DNA of 64,000 nt from Alphaproteobacteria bacterium (GTDB taxonomy: Bacteria > Pseudomonadota > Alphaproteobacteria > MPNO01 > UBA830), in assembly GCA_965243135.1 (NCBI GenBank), contig OZ251539.1, positions 1,600,001 to 1,664,000 on the forward strand, in the 5' to 3' direction. Position numbers and translations under genes: made by a program. Positions 11,551 through 21,404 of this stretch are shown here, in pieces. The notes under the pieces are model-generated. The model had not been told where the DNA came from. It was given only the letters and a program-made list of their open reading frames with translations, and ran no database searches. The stretch's first letter is position 1; the number at the start of each line of letters is the position of its first letter.

Positions 11551-12006
11551 TCATGCTCTCCGCCGCACGAAATGCAGGCTGGTGAGGGTCATCACGACCT
11601 CGTCGTCCTGGTTCAGCGTATCGTATCGGATTCGCACGGCGTCTCGACCGCCCTCGGCGCGCGCCGGAGAAAGTTCGAGAACGTGCGCGAGAACGCGCAA
11701 CGTGTCGCCGGCCCTGACCGGCTTCTTCCAGCGCAGGCTGTCCACGCCCGGCGAACCCATCCCGCTCTCGCTCAGCGCGCCGGTGCGCGCGAACAGACCG
11801 AACGTGACGGCGGCGGTCTGGTAGCCCGCCGCTATCAGCGTCCCGAAAGGCGTCGCCTTCGCGGCTTCCGGATCGGTGTGATAGGGGAGGGGAGCGTACC
11901 TCGTTCCGAACTCGACGATCTCCGCCTCGTCGAGCGTGTGGCGGCCGGTCTCGTAGACCTGGCCCTCGCGAAAATCCTCGAAATACAGCGGGCGTTCGAC
12001 CTTCAT
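11551..12006 (-). CDS. MaoC-family hot-dog dehydratase
   Basis: LYFEDF, PYHTDPEAAKATPFGTLIAAG, LRWKKPVRAGDTL; ATGA overlap with mfd stop. Confidence 0.85.
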   Translation of the reverse strand: MKVERPLYFEDFREGQVYETGRHTLDEAEIVEFGTRYAPLPYHTDPEAAKATPFGTLIAAGYQTAAVTFGLFARTGALSESGMGSPGVDSLRWKKPVRAGDTLRVLAHVLELSPARAEGGRDAVRIRYDTLNQDDEVVMTLTSLHFVRRRA

Positions 12007-15000
12007 GTTCCGCTCCCGGCGTCGTCCGCGATATCCGCGACCTTGCGGGCGAGCCGGCCCGCGCCTCGCAGCCGCGCCTCCGTTTTCCGCCAGTCCGCCC
12101 GGCAGACGAGCCTGCCGTCCGGCCGCAGGCGGAGGCCGTCGCGGTCTCGCGACAGGAAGGCGATCAGACCCTCGGCGTTGTCGAACGCGCCGTTCTTGAA
12201 GGCGACGGTGGCGCCTTTCGGACCGGCATCCAGCCTTTCGATGCCGGCGCGGCGGCAATCGCGCTTGATCGCTACGATCCGGAGCAGATTTTCCACTTCG
12301 TCGGGCAAGGTTCCGAACCGGTCGATCAGCTCGGCGGCGAAGGCCTCGCTGTCCTCGCCGCTGTCGAGCTGCGCGATCCGCCTGTACAGCCCGAGGCGCA
12401 CGTCGAGATCGGACACGTAGCGCTCGGGAATCAGGACCGGAATGCCCAGATTGATCGTCGGACTCCATTCGCTCTCTTCCGTCTCCCCGCCGCCCCTCGC
12501 CGCGGCCACCGCCTCCTCGAGCATGTGCTGGTAGAGCTCGACCCCGACTTCCCGGATGTGCCCCGATTGCTCCTCGCCGAGGAGGTTGCCGGCTCCTCTG
12601 ATGTCGAGGTCGTGACTGGCGAGGGCGAAGCCGGCGCCGAGCGTATCGAGAGCTTGCATCACCTCCAGCCGCTTGCGCGCGCCCTCGGTCATCTTCCGCC
12701 CGGCCGGAGGAAGCGTGAGGTAACAGTAGGCGCGCAGCTTCGAACGTCCGATGCGGCCCCGCAACTGGTACAGTTGAGCGAGTCCGAACATGTCCGCGCG
12801 ATGCACCACCATCGTGTTGGCTCTCGGAATGTCGAGGCCGGATTCGACGATCTGCGTCGAAAGCAGGAGATCGGCCTCTCCGTCGTAGAATTCCGACATC
12901 GCTTCTTCGAGCGTTTGCGACTTCATGCGGCCATGGACCGTCCGCATCCTGATTTCGGGAACCAGATCGCGCAGGCTCGCCGCGACGTCGTCCAGGTCGG
13001 CGATTCGCGGACAGACGTAGAACGTCTGGCCTCCGCGGAAATGCTCCCGCATGATCGCTTCGCGGATCACGACCGGATCGTGCGGCATCACGAACGTGCG
13101 GACGGCGAGGCGGTCCACCGGCGGCGTCGCGATGAGGCTCATTTCCTTCACGCCCGTAAGCGCCATCTGAAGGGTGCGGGGTATGGGCGTGGCCGTCAGC
13201 GTCAGCACGTGAACGTCGGCCTTCAACTCCTTGAGCCGTTCCTTGTGCCTGACGCCGAAATGCTGCTCCTCGTCGACGACGAGGAGTCCGAGATTGGCGA
13301 ACCGAATCGCCTTTCCGAGCAGCGCATGCGTCCCGATCACGATGTCGATCCTGCCGTCCGAGATGCCCTCGCGCACCTCTTCGGCCGCTTTGCCGGTCAC
13401 CATGCGCGACAGCTGCGCGACCCGCGCGGGCGTGCGGGCGAAGCGTTCCGCGAACGTGGCGAAATGCTGGCGGCAAAGAAGCGTCGTCGGGGCCACGAGC
13501 GCGACCTGCGCTCCCGACATGACCGTCGCGAACGCGGCCCGCAGCGCCACCTCGGTCTTGCCGAACCCCACGTCGCCGCAGACGAGTCGATCCGTGGCGC
13601 GTCCGGATTCGAGGTCCTCAAGCGTCTGCGAGATGGCGTCGGCCTGATCGTCCGTTTCCGCGTAAGGGAAACCCGCCGCGAATTCTTCGTATTGGTCCGG
13701 GGGAGCCGCGATCTCCATGGCGGGCCGGACGGCCCGTTCGGCGGCGAGCCGCATCAGCTGGTTGGCGATGTCGCGCAGCCGGTTCTTCATCCGCGCCTTG
13801 CGAGCCTGCCACGCCGCGCCGCCCAACCTGTCGAGGGAAACCCTCATGTCGCCGGAGCCGTAGCGCGAAAGGACTTCCACGTTTTCGACGGGCACGTAAA
13901 GCTTGTCGTCGCTCGCGTAAAGGACGCTCAGGCAGTCGTGCGGCGCGCCGGCGACATCGAGGGTCTCGAGCCCGTCGTACCTGCCGACGCCGTGATCGAT
14001 GTGGACGACGAGGTCGCCGGGAGCGATTTCCGAAACGTCCGTGATGAAGTTTTCGGCCCGCTTGCGCCGCCTTTCCGGGCGCACGATCCGCTCCCCGAGA
14101 ATGTCCTGTTCGGTGACGAGCGAGATGCCGTCCGCCCTGAAGCCCCGCTCGACGGGAAGAACCGCGAGGGCGACGGCGCCGGGCGGGAGAGCCTGCGCCT
14201 GGGTCCAGTCGTCGACATTGGTCAGTCCGGCGATGCCGTGACCCCGGAGAAGATGTCCGAGGCGTTCCCGCGATCCCTGCGAGAATCCGGTCACGACGAT
14301 CCGCCGCCCGCGGTCGTTCCCGATATAGTTTCGCAACCTGTCGAAAACGTCCCGGTCCTCCGAGGCCTTCGCCGCCGCGAAATCCGGTATCAGGCGGGCC
14401 CCGCCGAAGTCCGACCCGCTGCCGTCCGGCGTCGCGAACGGAGAAAACTGCCCGACCGCCCGTCCGTCGAGCGTCGCCGCGAATTCGTCCGCTCCGAGAT
14501 AAAGCCGGTCCGGAGGCAAAGGCCGGTAGGGCGCGGCGGTTCTCCGGGATTCGGGCGATTTGAGATAGGTCGTGCGGGCGTCGTAGTATTCCGCGATCAA
14601 CTCCAGCCGTCCGCGGCAAGCCGCGTCGGCTTCGTGATCGAGCGTTACCGACGCTCCCGGCATGTAGTCGAAGATGGTTTCCAGACGGTCGTGAAACAAG
14701 GGAAGCCAGTGCTCCATGCCGATCTGGGAGCGCCCTTCGCTGATCGCGCCGTAGAAGGGGTCGTCGGCCACGTCGCCGAAGTTCTCCCGGTACCCGGCCC
14801 GGAACCGGGCGATGGTCTCGTCGTTGAGCGTCACTTCGCCGGCGGGCCGGAGAACGCAGCGTTCGACCCGCGCGCTGACCGTTCGCTGGGTGGTGGGGTC
14901 GAACGCGCGTATGTCCTCGATCTCGTCGCCGAAAAGGTCGAGCCGCAAAGGAGTTTCCCGGCCCGGAGGAAAGAGGTCGACGATCCCGCCGCGAACGGCG

Positions 15001-15482
15001 TATTCGCCCGGCTCGCGCACGGTTCCGACGCGCTCGAAAGCGTTGCGGGAAAGAAAGGCGCGCAAGTCTTCCAGATTGACGGCCGCGCCTCTGGCCAGAT
15101 TCAGCAAAGCGCCATCCAGGGTTCCGCGCGCCGGAACGCGCTGCAGAACCGCGTTCACGGAGGCGATTACGATCAGGCGGTCGGCGGCCGTCGCGGGCCG
15201 TCCCGCGAGCGACGCGAGCGCGGCGACCCTCTGGGCCGACACCTCCCGGTTCGGAGAAACCCTGTCGTAGGGGAGGCAATCCCAGGCCGGAAAGGCGGCG
15301 ACCGCGAGGCCGGGAGCGAAGAACGCGATCGCGTCCGTCAGCGCTGCCATGCGCGTCGCGTCGCGCGCGACGTGCAGGTGGAGGCCCCTGACGTTGGCGG
15401 CGAGCACCAGGGCGTCGTAGCCCTCGGGCGTGCCGGACAGCGCAAGGCGTTCTTTGATTTCGAATATGTTGCGGTTTTTCAA
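12003..15482 (-). CDS. mfd: Transcription-repair coupling factor
   Basis: PAWDCLPYDRVSP, VHIDHGVGRY, GDVGFGKTEVA, DEEQHFG, QLRGRIGR. Confidence 0.97.
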   Translation of the reverse strand: MKNRNIFEIKERLALSGTPEGYDALVLAANVRGLHLHVARDATRMAALTDAIAFFAPGLAVAAFPAWDCLPYDRVSPNREVSAQRVAALASLAGRPATAADRLIVIASVNAVLQRVPARGTLDGALLNLARGAAVNLEDLRAFLSRNAFERVGTVREPGEYAVRGGIVDLFPPGRETPLRLDLFGDEIEDIRAFDPTTQRTVSARVERCVLRPAGEVTLNDETIARFRAGYRENFGDVADDPFYGAISEGRSQIGMEHWLPLFHDRLETIFDYMPGASVTLDHEADAACRGRLELIAEYYDARTTYLKSPESRRTAAPYRPLPPDRLYLGADEFAATLDGRAVGQFSPFATPDGSGSDFGGARLIPDFAAAKASEDRDVFDRLRNYIGNDRGRRIVVTGFSQGSRERLGHLLRGHGIAGLTNVDDWTQAQALPPGAVALAVLPVERGFRADGISLVTEQDILGERIVRPERRRKRAENFITDVSEIAPGDLVVHIDHGVGRYDGLETLDVAGAPHDCLSVLYASDDKLYVPVENVEVLSRYGSGDMRVSLDRLGGAAWQARKARMKNRLRDIANQLMRLAAERAVRPAMEIAAPPDQYEEFAAGFPYAETDDQADAISQTLEDLESGRATDRLVCGDVGFGKTEVALRAAFATVMSGAQVALVAPTTLLCRQHFATFAERFARTPARVAQLSRMVTGKAAEEVREGISDGRIDIVIGTHALLGKAIRFANLGLLVVDEEQHFGVRHKERLKELKADVHVLTLTATPIPRTLQMALTGVKEMSLIATPPVDRLAVRTFVMPHDPVVIREAIMREHFRGGQTFYVCPRIADLDDVAASLRDLVPEIRMRTVHGRMKSQTLEEAMSEFYDGEADLLLSTQIVESGLDIPRANTMVVHRADMFGLAQLYQLRGRIGRSKLRAYCYLTLPPAGRKMTEGARKRLEVMQALDTLGAGFALASHDLDIRGAGNLLGEEQSGHIREVGVELYQHMLEEAVAAARGGGETEESEWSPTINLGIPVLIPERYVSDLDVRLGLYRRIAQLDSGEDSEAFAAELIDRFGTLPDEVENLLRIVAIKRDCRRAGIERLDAGPKGATVAFKNGAFDNAEGLIAFLSRDRDGLRLRPDGRLVCRADWRKTEARLRGAGRLARKVADIADDAGSGT

Positions 15483-15483
15483 A

Positions 15484-15744
15484 CTATTGAGGTTTCTTTT
15501 TGAAGTTGCGAATCATGCGAAGGACTTCGTTGTCGAATTCCGGAGGCGGAAGCGAGACGTTCAGCGCCCAGCCCAGAAGATCCTGGTCGGGCTGATCGAG
15601 CAGAGCTTCGAACTGCTTCAGTTGATCGTCGCTCATTTCGTCCAGATGGCGGGAGGCGAAACCGCCGATGACGAGATCGCTTTCCTTGGTGCCGCGCCGC
15701 AGGCTGCGGAACCGGAGTCGTCGTCGCATGGCGGAGTCGGCCAT
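15484..15744 (-). CDS. sdhE: Succinate dehydrogenase flavinylation factor SdhE/Sdh5
   Basis: RRGTKESD (RGxxE motif); usual recG-sdhE-mfd context. Confidence 0.9.
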   Translation of the reverse strand: MADSAMRRRLRFRSLRRGTKESDLVIGGFASRHLDEMSDDQLKQFEALLDQPDQDLLGWALNVSLPPPEFDNEVLRMIRNFKKKPQ

Positions 15745-15825
15745 TCATACTACTCTAGGGACGCGGCGTCGACGGCGAGAACGCCTGCGGCGGGTCGGGG
15801 GGCGATGGAAATCATCGGCCGCCGG

Positions 15826-15831
15826 TATAAT
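15826..15831 (+). promoter_or_regulatory. Putative -10 box for recG
   Basis: Perfect TATAAT 32 bp upstream of the recG ATG in GC-rich surroundings. Confidence 0.4.
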
Positions 15832-15863
15832 GTCTTGGACGCGTTCTGTCAGCCGGGTAGGCC

Positions 15864-17933
15864 ATGCGCCCCAAGGTTCTGTTTCCGCTTTTCGCTCCGG
15901 TCACGCGGCTGTCCGGGGTCGGCCCGAAAATCGGCGAAGCGATCTCGCGCGTCGCCGGGCCGAACGTCGTCGACCTGCTCTGGCACCTGCCGATCGGCAT
16001 CGTCGACCGCAGCTTCGCCCCGTCGGCCGCGGACGCGCCGGCCGGCGCCGTCGCGACGATGGTGCTGACCGTCGATTCGCACGCGCCGCCGTCGCGGCCG
16101 GGCCTTCCCTATCGGATCAGATGCAAGGACGAAACCGGCGTCCTCACGCTTTCCTTCTTCAACGCCCGCGAGCGCTACCTTCGCGAGACTTTCCCGGAGG
16201 GCGGCGCGAAGGTCGTCAGCGGCCGTCTGGAGCGATACCGCGACGAACTGCAAATGACGCATCCCGATCGCGTGGGAACGGTCGACGAGCTCGACGCGAT
16301 CAAGTCGGTCGAACCCGTGTACCCGCTGACCGCCGGCCTGGCGTCCAAACCGCTGGCGCGCGCCGTTCGGGCGGCGCTTGGCGAGGCGCCCGACTTGCCC
16401 GAATGGCAGGACGCGGAATGGCTGGCGCGGCGGAACTGGCCGGGGTGGCGAGCCGCGTTGCGCGCGGTTCATGCGCCGCTGTCGGCCGACGATCTGGAAC
16501 CCGAAGCGGCGGCGCGGCGGCGTCTCGCTTACGACGAACTGCTTGCGGGCCAGCTCGCCCTGATGATCGCTCGGAGAGGGCAGCGCCGCTTCGCGGGTCG
16601 CGCGACCGAGGGAAACGGCGTTCTTCGCCGTCGCCTGCTCGAACGGCTTCCTTACCGGCTGACCGGTTCCCAGGAACGCGCGATCGCCGAGATATCGGCC
16701 GACATGGCCTCCGCGGAACGCATGCTGCGCCTCCTTCAGGGGGACGTGGGCAGCGGCAAGACCGTGGTCGCCCTGGCGATCATGCTGGCCGCCGTCGAAG
16801 AGGGACGCCAGGCGGCGCTGATGGCGCCTACGGAAGTTCTCGCGCGCCAGCATTATGCGACCGTCGAACCCCTGCTTCGGGAACTCGGCTTATCGGTCTT
16901 GATGATTTCCGGGCGCGACAGGGGGGCCGAGCGCGACGCGAAACGCGCTTCGCTCCGTTCCGGCGAGACGAAAATCGCGCTTGGAACCCAGGCGATCTTT
17001 CAGGAGGGCATCGTATTCGACGACCTCGCCGTCGCCGTGATCGACGAGCAACATCGGTTCGGCGTGCACCAGCGGCTCGCTTTCGCCGCCAAGGGGGTCG
17101 CCCCGGACATTCTTGTCATGACGGCGACGCCCATACCGAGAACCCTCATGATGACCGCGTACGGCGACCTCGACGTTTCCCGTCTGGAAGAAAAGCCGGC
17201 GGGCCGCCAGCCAGTCGACACGCGGGCCGTTCCGCTGTCCCGCATCGAGGAGGTGATCGAACGCCTGAAAGCGGCGGTTGCCGACGGCGCCAGAGCGTTC
17301 TGGGTCTGTCCGCTTGTCGAGGAGACGGGCGACCCCGCGGCGGCGACCGAACGTTGCGCAGCGCTTCTTCCTCGCTTCGGCGGACGCGTCGGGCTCCTGC
17401 ACGGCCGTCTCAGGCCCGCGCAAAAGGACGAGACGATAGCGAGGTTGGCCGCGGGGGAACTCGACGTCCTGGTCGCGACGACCGTCATCGAGGTCGGCGT
17501 AGACGTGCCCGAAGCCACCATCATGGTGATCGAGCGCGCCGAGCGCTTCGGGCTGGCGCAGCTTCACCAGCTGCGCGGCCGGGTAGGGCGCGGCGATCGG
17601 AAATCGGTCTGTTTGCTGCTTTACGACGTTCCTGCGAGCCATGCAGCGCAGGCGCGCCTTCGCGCCATGCGAGAGACCGAGGATGGTTTCGTCATCGCGG
17701 AAGAAGACCTCAGGCTGCGCGGCGCGGGAGAGATGCTCGGGAGCCGCCAGAGCGGCCTTCCGCGGACGCGCCTCGCCGACCTTGCCGCGCATGCGGACCT
17801 CGTGCCCGTCGCTCGCGACGACGCGAAGCTCGTTCTGGAACGCGATCCGGAGCTGCGGTCGGAGCGCGGGACGGCGCTTCGAAACCTTCTCTGCCTGTTC
17901 GAGCGGGACGCGATGGTGAGGACGATGCTGTGA
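15864..17933 (+). CDS. recG: ATP-dependent DNA helicase RecG
   Basis: RLLQGDVGSGKT, DEQHRFG, TATPIPRTL, QLHQLRGRVGRG. Confidence 0.97.
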   Translation: MRPKVLFPLFAPVTRLSGVGPKIGEAISRVAGPNVVDLLWHLPIGIVDRSFAPSAADAPAGAVATMVLTVDSHAPPSRPGLPYRIRCKDETGVLTLSFFNARERYLRETFPEGGAKVVSGRLERYRDELQMTHPDRVGTVDELDAIKSVEPVYPLTAGLASKPLARAVRAALGEAPDLPEWQDAEWLARRNWPGWRAALRAVHAPLSADDLEPEAAARRRLAYDELLAGQLALMIARRGQRRFAGRATEGNGVLRRRLLERLPYRLTGSQERAIAEISADMASAERMLRLLQGDVGSGKTVVALAIMLAAVEEGRQAALMAPTEVLARQHYATVEPLLRELGLSVLMISGRDRGAERDAKRASLRSGETKIALGTQAIFQEGIVFDDLAVAVIDEQHRFGVHQRLAFAAKGVAPDILVMTATPIPRTLMMTAYGDLDVSRLEEKPAGRQPVDTRAVPLSRIEEVIERLKAAVADGARAFWVCPLVEETGDPAAATERCAALLPRFGGRVGLLHGRLRPAQKDETIARLAAGELDVLVATTVIEVGVDVPEATIMVIERAERFGLAQLHQLRGRVGRGDRKSVCLLLYDVPASHAAQARLRAMRETEDGFVIAEEDLRLRGAGEMLGSRQSGLPRTRLADLAAHADLVPVARDDAKLVLERDPELRSERGTALRNLLCLFERDAMVRTML

Positions 17934-17966
17934 CGGTCCGCGCCCGGGACGAAATCCCCGTGCGGT

Positions 17967-18707
17967 CTATTCGGCCGCGATCTCTTCTTTCTTCCAGGGG
18001 ATCGTCTGCGTATCCCGATCGGCGGAAGCGACCTGCTTTACGCTCTGCTGGTTGCCGGGACGGCGATCCGGCGGCGTAACGATGCCGCCGGATACGACCA
18101 TCTTGATTCCTTCTTCGACGGTCATGCTGAGGACGACCAGCTCCCTCCGCGGAATGAAGAGCAGATAGCCGGATGTCGGATTCGGCGTCGTAGGCAGGAA
18201 CACGTTCACGACGTCATCGTGGGTCAGATTCTGAACTTCGCCCTGCGTTTGCCCGGTGATGAAGCCGATGGCCCAGCTGCCTCGCCGCGGGTATTCGAAC
18301 AGGACGACTTGCCGGAACGCGTTCGACTGCTGCTGCAGGATGGTTTCGATGATTTGTTTGACGGCGCCGTAGATGCTGCGAACGACAGGCATCCGGGCGA
18401 GCGCCTTTTCGCTGATGCGCGTCCACAGCCGCCCTACCATTCCGGCGGTCGCCCAGCCGACGAAGGTCAGGGTGATGAAAACGATGACCAGGCCCAGGCC
18501 CGGAACCGCGAACGGCAGATAGGTCTCCGGGTTGTAGGCGGCCGGAAGCAACGGAGTTACCTTGGAATCGACCCAGCGAATCAGCAGCCAGGAGATGTAG
18601 AACGTGATCCCGATCGGCGCCGTCACCAGAATGCCGGCCAGAAAATATCCCCGGAGGTGACTGTAGAAATGCTTTTTTTTCCGGGGGTCGGTCGCCGCGC
18701 CCGCCAT
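17967..18707 (-). CDS. DUF502 family membrane protein
   Basis: YFLAGILVTAPIGIT, FEYPR, VFLPTTPNPTSGYL. Confidence 0.88.
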   Translation of the reverse strand: MAGAATDPRKKKHFYSHLRGYFLAGILVTAPIGITFYISWLLIRWVDSKVTPLLPAAYNPETYLPFAVPGLGLVIVFITLTFVGWATAGMVGRLWTRISEKALARMPVVRSIYGAVKQIIETILQQQSNAFRQVVLFEYPRRGSWAIGFITGQTQGEVQNLTHDDVVNVFLPTTPNPTSGYLLFIPRRELVVLSMTVEEGIKMVVSGGIVTPPDRRPGNQQSVKQVASADRDTQTIPWKKEEIAAE

Positions 18708-18867
18708 CTGTCGCCCCTCTTCGCAATGCGTCCGACATTGAAGCATTTCCCTTGCCGGCGCAAGTGCGGAACGTTATGCGGAACCGGGCGGAGCGGCGAA
18801 GGACTTGGCCGCCCCGGGCATGTCCGAAGGAGAGTCCTGCGGTGAACGAACCCATCGGCGCGTCCGC

Positions 18868-20523
18868 ATGATCCGAAGAACGCACCTGGCGACCGGGCTG
18901 ATTCTGTTCCTGTTCGTTTGCACTCACCTCGCGAATCATGCGCTGGGCCTGATCTCGTTGCAGGCGATGGAAGACGGACGCGTATGGTTTCTTGCGGTAT
19001 GGCGCGGTCCGGTGGGCTCGGCCGCCCTGATTCTGTCGCTGCTCGTTCATATGTTGCTGGCGGCGTGGGCGCTGTACTCCCGGCGGACGCTCCGCATGCG
19101 CTGGTCCGAGGCGGTCCAGCTGCTGCTCGGATTCTCGGTGCCCGTGCTGCTGGCGGGCCACTTGGTGGGAACCAGGGCGGCGCACGAAATGTTCGGCACC
19201 GACGACTCCTATCTCTACGTCTTGTATGCGCATTGGAAGCTGTTCGGCGCCTCGGTGTACTGGAATACTGCCGGTCTGTACGCCGCGTGGTTGCACGGCT
19301 GCATCGGATTGTATTTCTGGCTGCGCCTGAAGCCAGGATTTTCCGTTTGGCGGCAGCCGGCTTTCGCCTTCGCTCTGCTCGTGCCGGTCGTCGCATGGCT
19401 CGGATATTACGCGGGCGGAAAGGAAGTGCTTGCGCTCGCGGAGCGCAGTCCGGAGGCGTTTCAGGAGGCTTTTCGTTCCCTGCGTCCGCCGGGTCCGAAA
19501 GCGTCCGATCCGATGTCGAACCTGGTTTTCGCCGTTCGCGCGTTCGCGATCGGACTGATCGCGGTTGCGCTCGCCGGACGTCTGGCGCGCGACCGGTTGC
19601 GCCGGGGCAAGCTGATCGGAATCGCGTATCCCGACGGCAGGTCGGCGCGGATCGTTCGCGGGCTCAGCCTTCTCGACGCAAGCCGGCTGCACGGAATCCC
19701 GCATGCCTCGATCTGCGGCGGCCGGGGGCGCTGTTCCACGTGCCGGGTCCGGATCGTCGAGGGAGCGGAGAACCTGCCCCCGCCGTCGCCCGAAGAGACT
19801 CGCGTGCTCGAGCGCGTCGAGGCGCCGCCGCGGGTGCGCCTTGCCTGCCAGGTTCGACCCTCGGGCGACGTCTCGGTTGTGCCTCTCCTGCCGGCGAACG
19901 TTTCGGTCGCGAGCCTCCATGGCAGGAGACGCGACGGTCAGGAACGGGAAATCGTCATTCTGTTCGCCGATCTGCGCTCCTTCACCCAGTTCTCGGAGAA
20001 GAAGTTGCCCTACGACGTCGTCTTCGTTCTCAACCGGTATTTCGCGCACATGGGGCAGGCCGTGGAAGAAGCGGGCGGCCATCTCGACAAGTTTATCGGC
20101 GACGGCGTAATGGCCCTGTTCGGCACCGGCGGCGGGATCGGGGACGCGGCGCGCAGCGCGCTGACCGCTGCGAGGCTCATGTCCGTCAAGCTTGCCGACC
20201 TTAATTCGCAACTGGCGAACGAGCTCGATGAACCCTTGCGGATCGGCATCGGCGTCCATGCCGGACCTGCGATCATCGGGGACATGGGATACGGGCCGGC
20301 CGTCGGGCTGACGGCGATCGGCGACAGCGTCAACACTGCCAGCCGCCTCGAGGGTTTAACCAAGGAGCTGGAGGCGCAGCTCGTATTTTCGCATGCCGTC
20401 GCCGTTCTGTCCGGTATCGATACGGCGGAGCTTTCGGCTCACGACGTATTGATCCGGGGGCGCGAAGACCCGCTGAGGGTGTTTTCGATCGCAGACGCCT
20501 CGACTCTCGGGCTTTCGCCGTGA
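18868..20523 (+). CDS. Membrane adenylate cyclase with His-rich membrane domain and 2Fe-2S ferredoxin domain (CyaC-type)
   Basis: N-terminal TM helices with His; CGGRGRCSTC...LAC; class III FADLRSF, DKFIGDG, TAIGDSVNTASR. Confidence 0.9.
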   Translation: MIRRTHLATGLILFLFVCTHLANHALGLISLQAMEDGRVWFLAVWRGPVGSAALILSLLVHMLLAAWALYSRRTLRMRWSEAVQLLLGFSVPVLLAGHLVGTRAAHEMFGTDDSYLYVLYAHWKLFGASVYWNTAGLYAAWLHGCIGLYFWLRLKPGFSVWRQPAFAFALLVPVVAWLGYYAGGKEVLALAERSPEAFQEAFRSLRPPGPKASDPMSNLVFAVRAFAIGLIAVALAGRLARDRLRRGKLIGIAYPDGRSARIVRGLSLLDASRLHGIPHASICGGRGRCSTCRVRIVEGAENLPPPSPEETRVLERVEAPPRVRLACQVRPSGDVSVVPLLPANVSVASLHGRRRDGQEREIVILFADLRSFTQFSEKKLPYDVVFVLNRYFAHMGQAVEEAGGHLDKFIGDGVMALFGTGGGIGDAARSALTAARLMSVKLADLNSQLANELDEPLRIGIGVHAGPAIIGDMGYGPAVGLTAIGDSVNTASRLEGLTKELEAQLVFSHAVAVLSGIDTAELSAHDVLIRGREDPLRVFSIADASTLGLSP

Positions 20524-20584
20524 GGCGCGGGGTTCTTTTGGCGGGCAAGGCGCGGAGCCGGCCTGCCGGAAGTCGGGGCGGAGG

Positions 20585-21238
20585 TCACGCTCCGGACGAC
20601 CGGTCGGGCTGGGCATCACGGTTGGCGAGATCGAAGACCTGAACGAATACTTCCGGCGACTGGACGCCGGAAATGGCGTACTTGCGGTTGAATATGAAGC
20701 TTGGCACTCCGTTCACGCCGAGTTGCCGGGCCAGCCGGTCCTCCGCGGCGACCTTGTCGAGATCGCGGTCGCTTTCCAGATATTCCAGCGCTTCGCCATG
20801 GTCGAGACCGGCTCTCCGCCCGACGCCCGCGAGTTCCCGCTTGTCGCCGATGTCGCATCCTTTCGTGAAATAGGCGTCGAAAAGGGCGTCGACCACGGGC
20901 GTCTGAAGATCGTATTCCGCCGCGAAACGCACAAGCCTGTGCGAATCCAATGTATTAGGAATTCTCTCTATTAAACTGAAAAGAAAATGAATTCCTTCTT
21001 CTCTTCCGATGCGCACGATCCCTTTGTGCATGCGCCGCGCGCGTTCCGAACCGCCGAATTTCCGTTCGATGTATTCCCGACGATCCATTCCGCCCGGCGG
21101 CATCTGCGGATTGAGTTGGAACGCCCGCCAGCCGACCTCGAGATCGGCCTGGGGGCGCAACCCGAGCGCTCGCTCGAAACGCTTCTTGCCCACGTAACAC
21201 CATGGGCAGATCGTATCGACAATGATATCGACCTTCAT
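20585..21238 (-). CDS. DsbA-family oxidoreductase (FrnE-like)
   Basis: DTICPWCYVG, FQLNP, GVNGVPSF. Confidence 0.9.
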   Translation of the reverse strand: MKVDIIVDTICPWCYVGKKRFERALGLRPQADLEVGWRAFQLNPQMPPGGMDRREYIERKFGGSERARRMHKGIVRIGREEGIHFLFSLIERIPNTLDSHRLVRFAAEYDLQTPVVDALFDAYFTKGCDIGDKRELAGVGRRAGLDHGEALEYLESDRDLDKVAAEDRLARQLGVNGVPSFIFNRKYAISGVQSPEVFVQVFDLANRDAQPDRSSGA

Positions 21239-21404
21239 GCGAGGCCTTTTTCAGCCGTGCCGGCGCGTGCCGAAACGCGTTTCTCGGGCGTTTTCGTCCG
21301 TGCGGAAGCATAACGGCGCATTCGCTCAGGTCAACGAAACGGAGCGGGCGAGGCGCCGGCCGGTTCCGGCCACGCTGCCGCCGGCCGCGCGCCGCGCCGC
21401 AGGT

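Noticed and set aside
12525-15503. 992-aa antisense ORF, and similar long shadow ORFs opposite groEL, ntrY, fadH, metG and proS
   Set aside because: Expected from high-GC codon bias opposite conserved genes; no motifs
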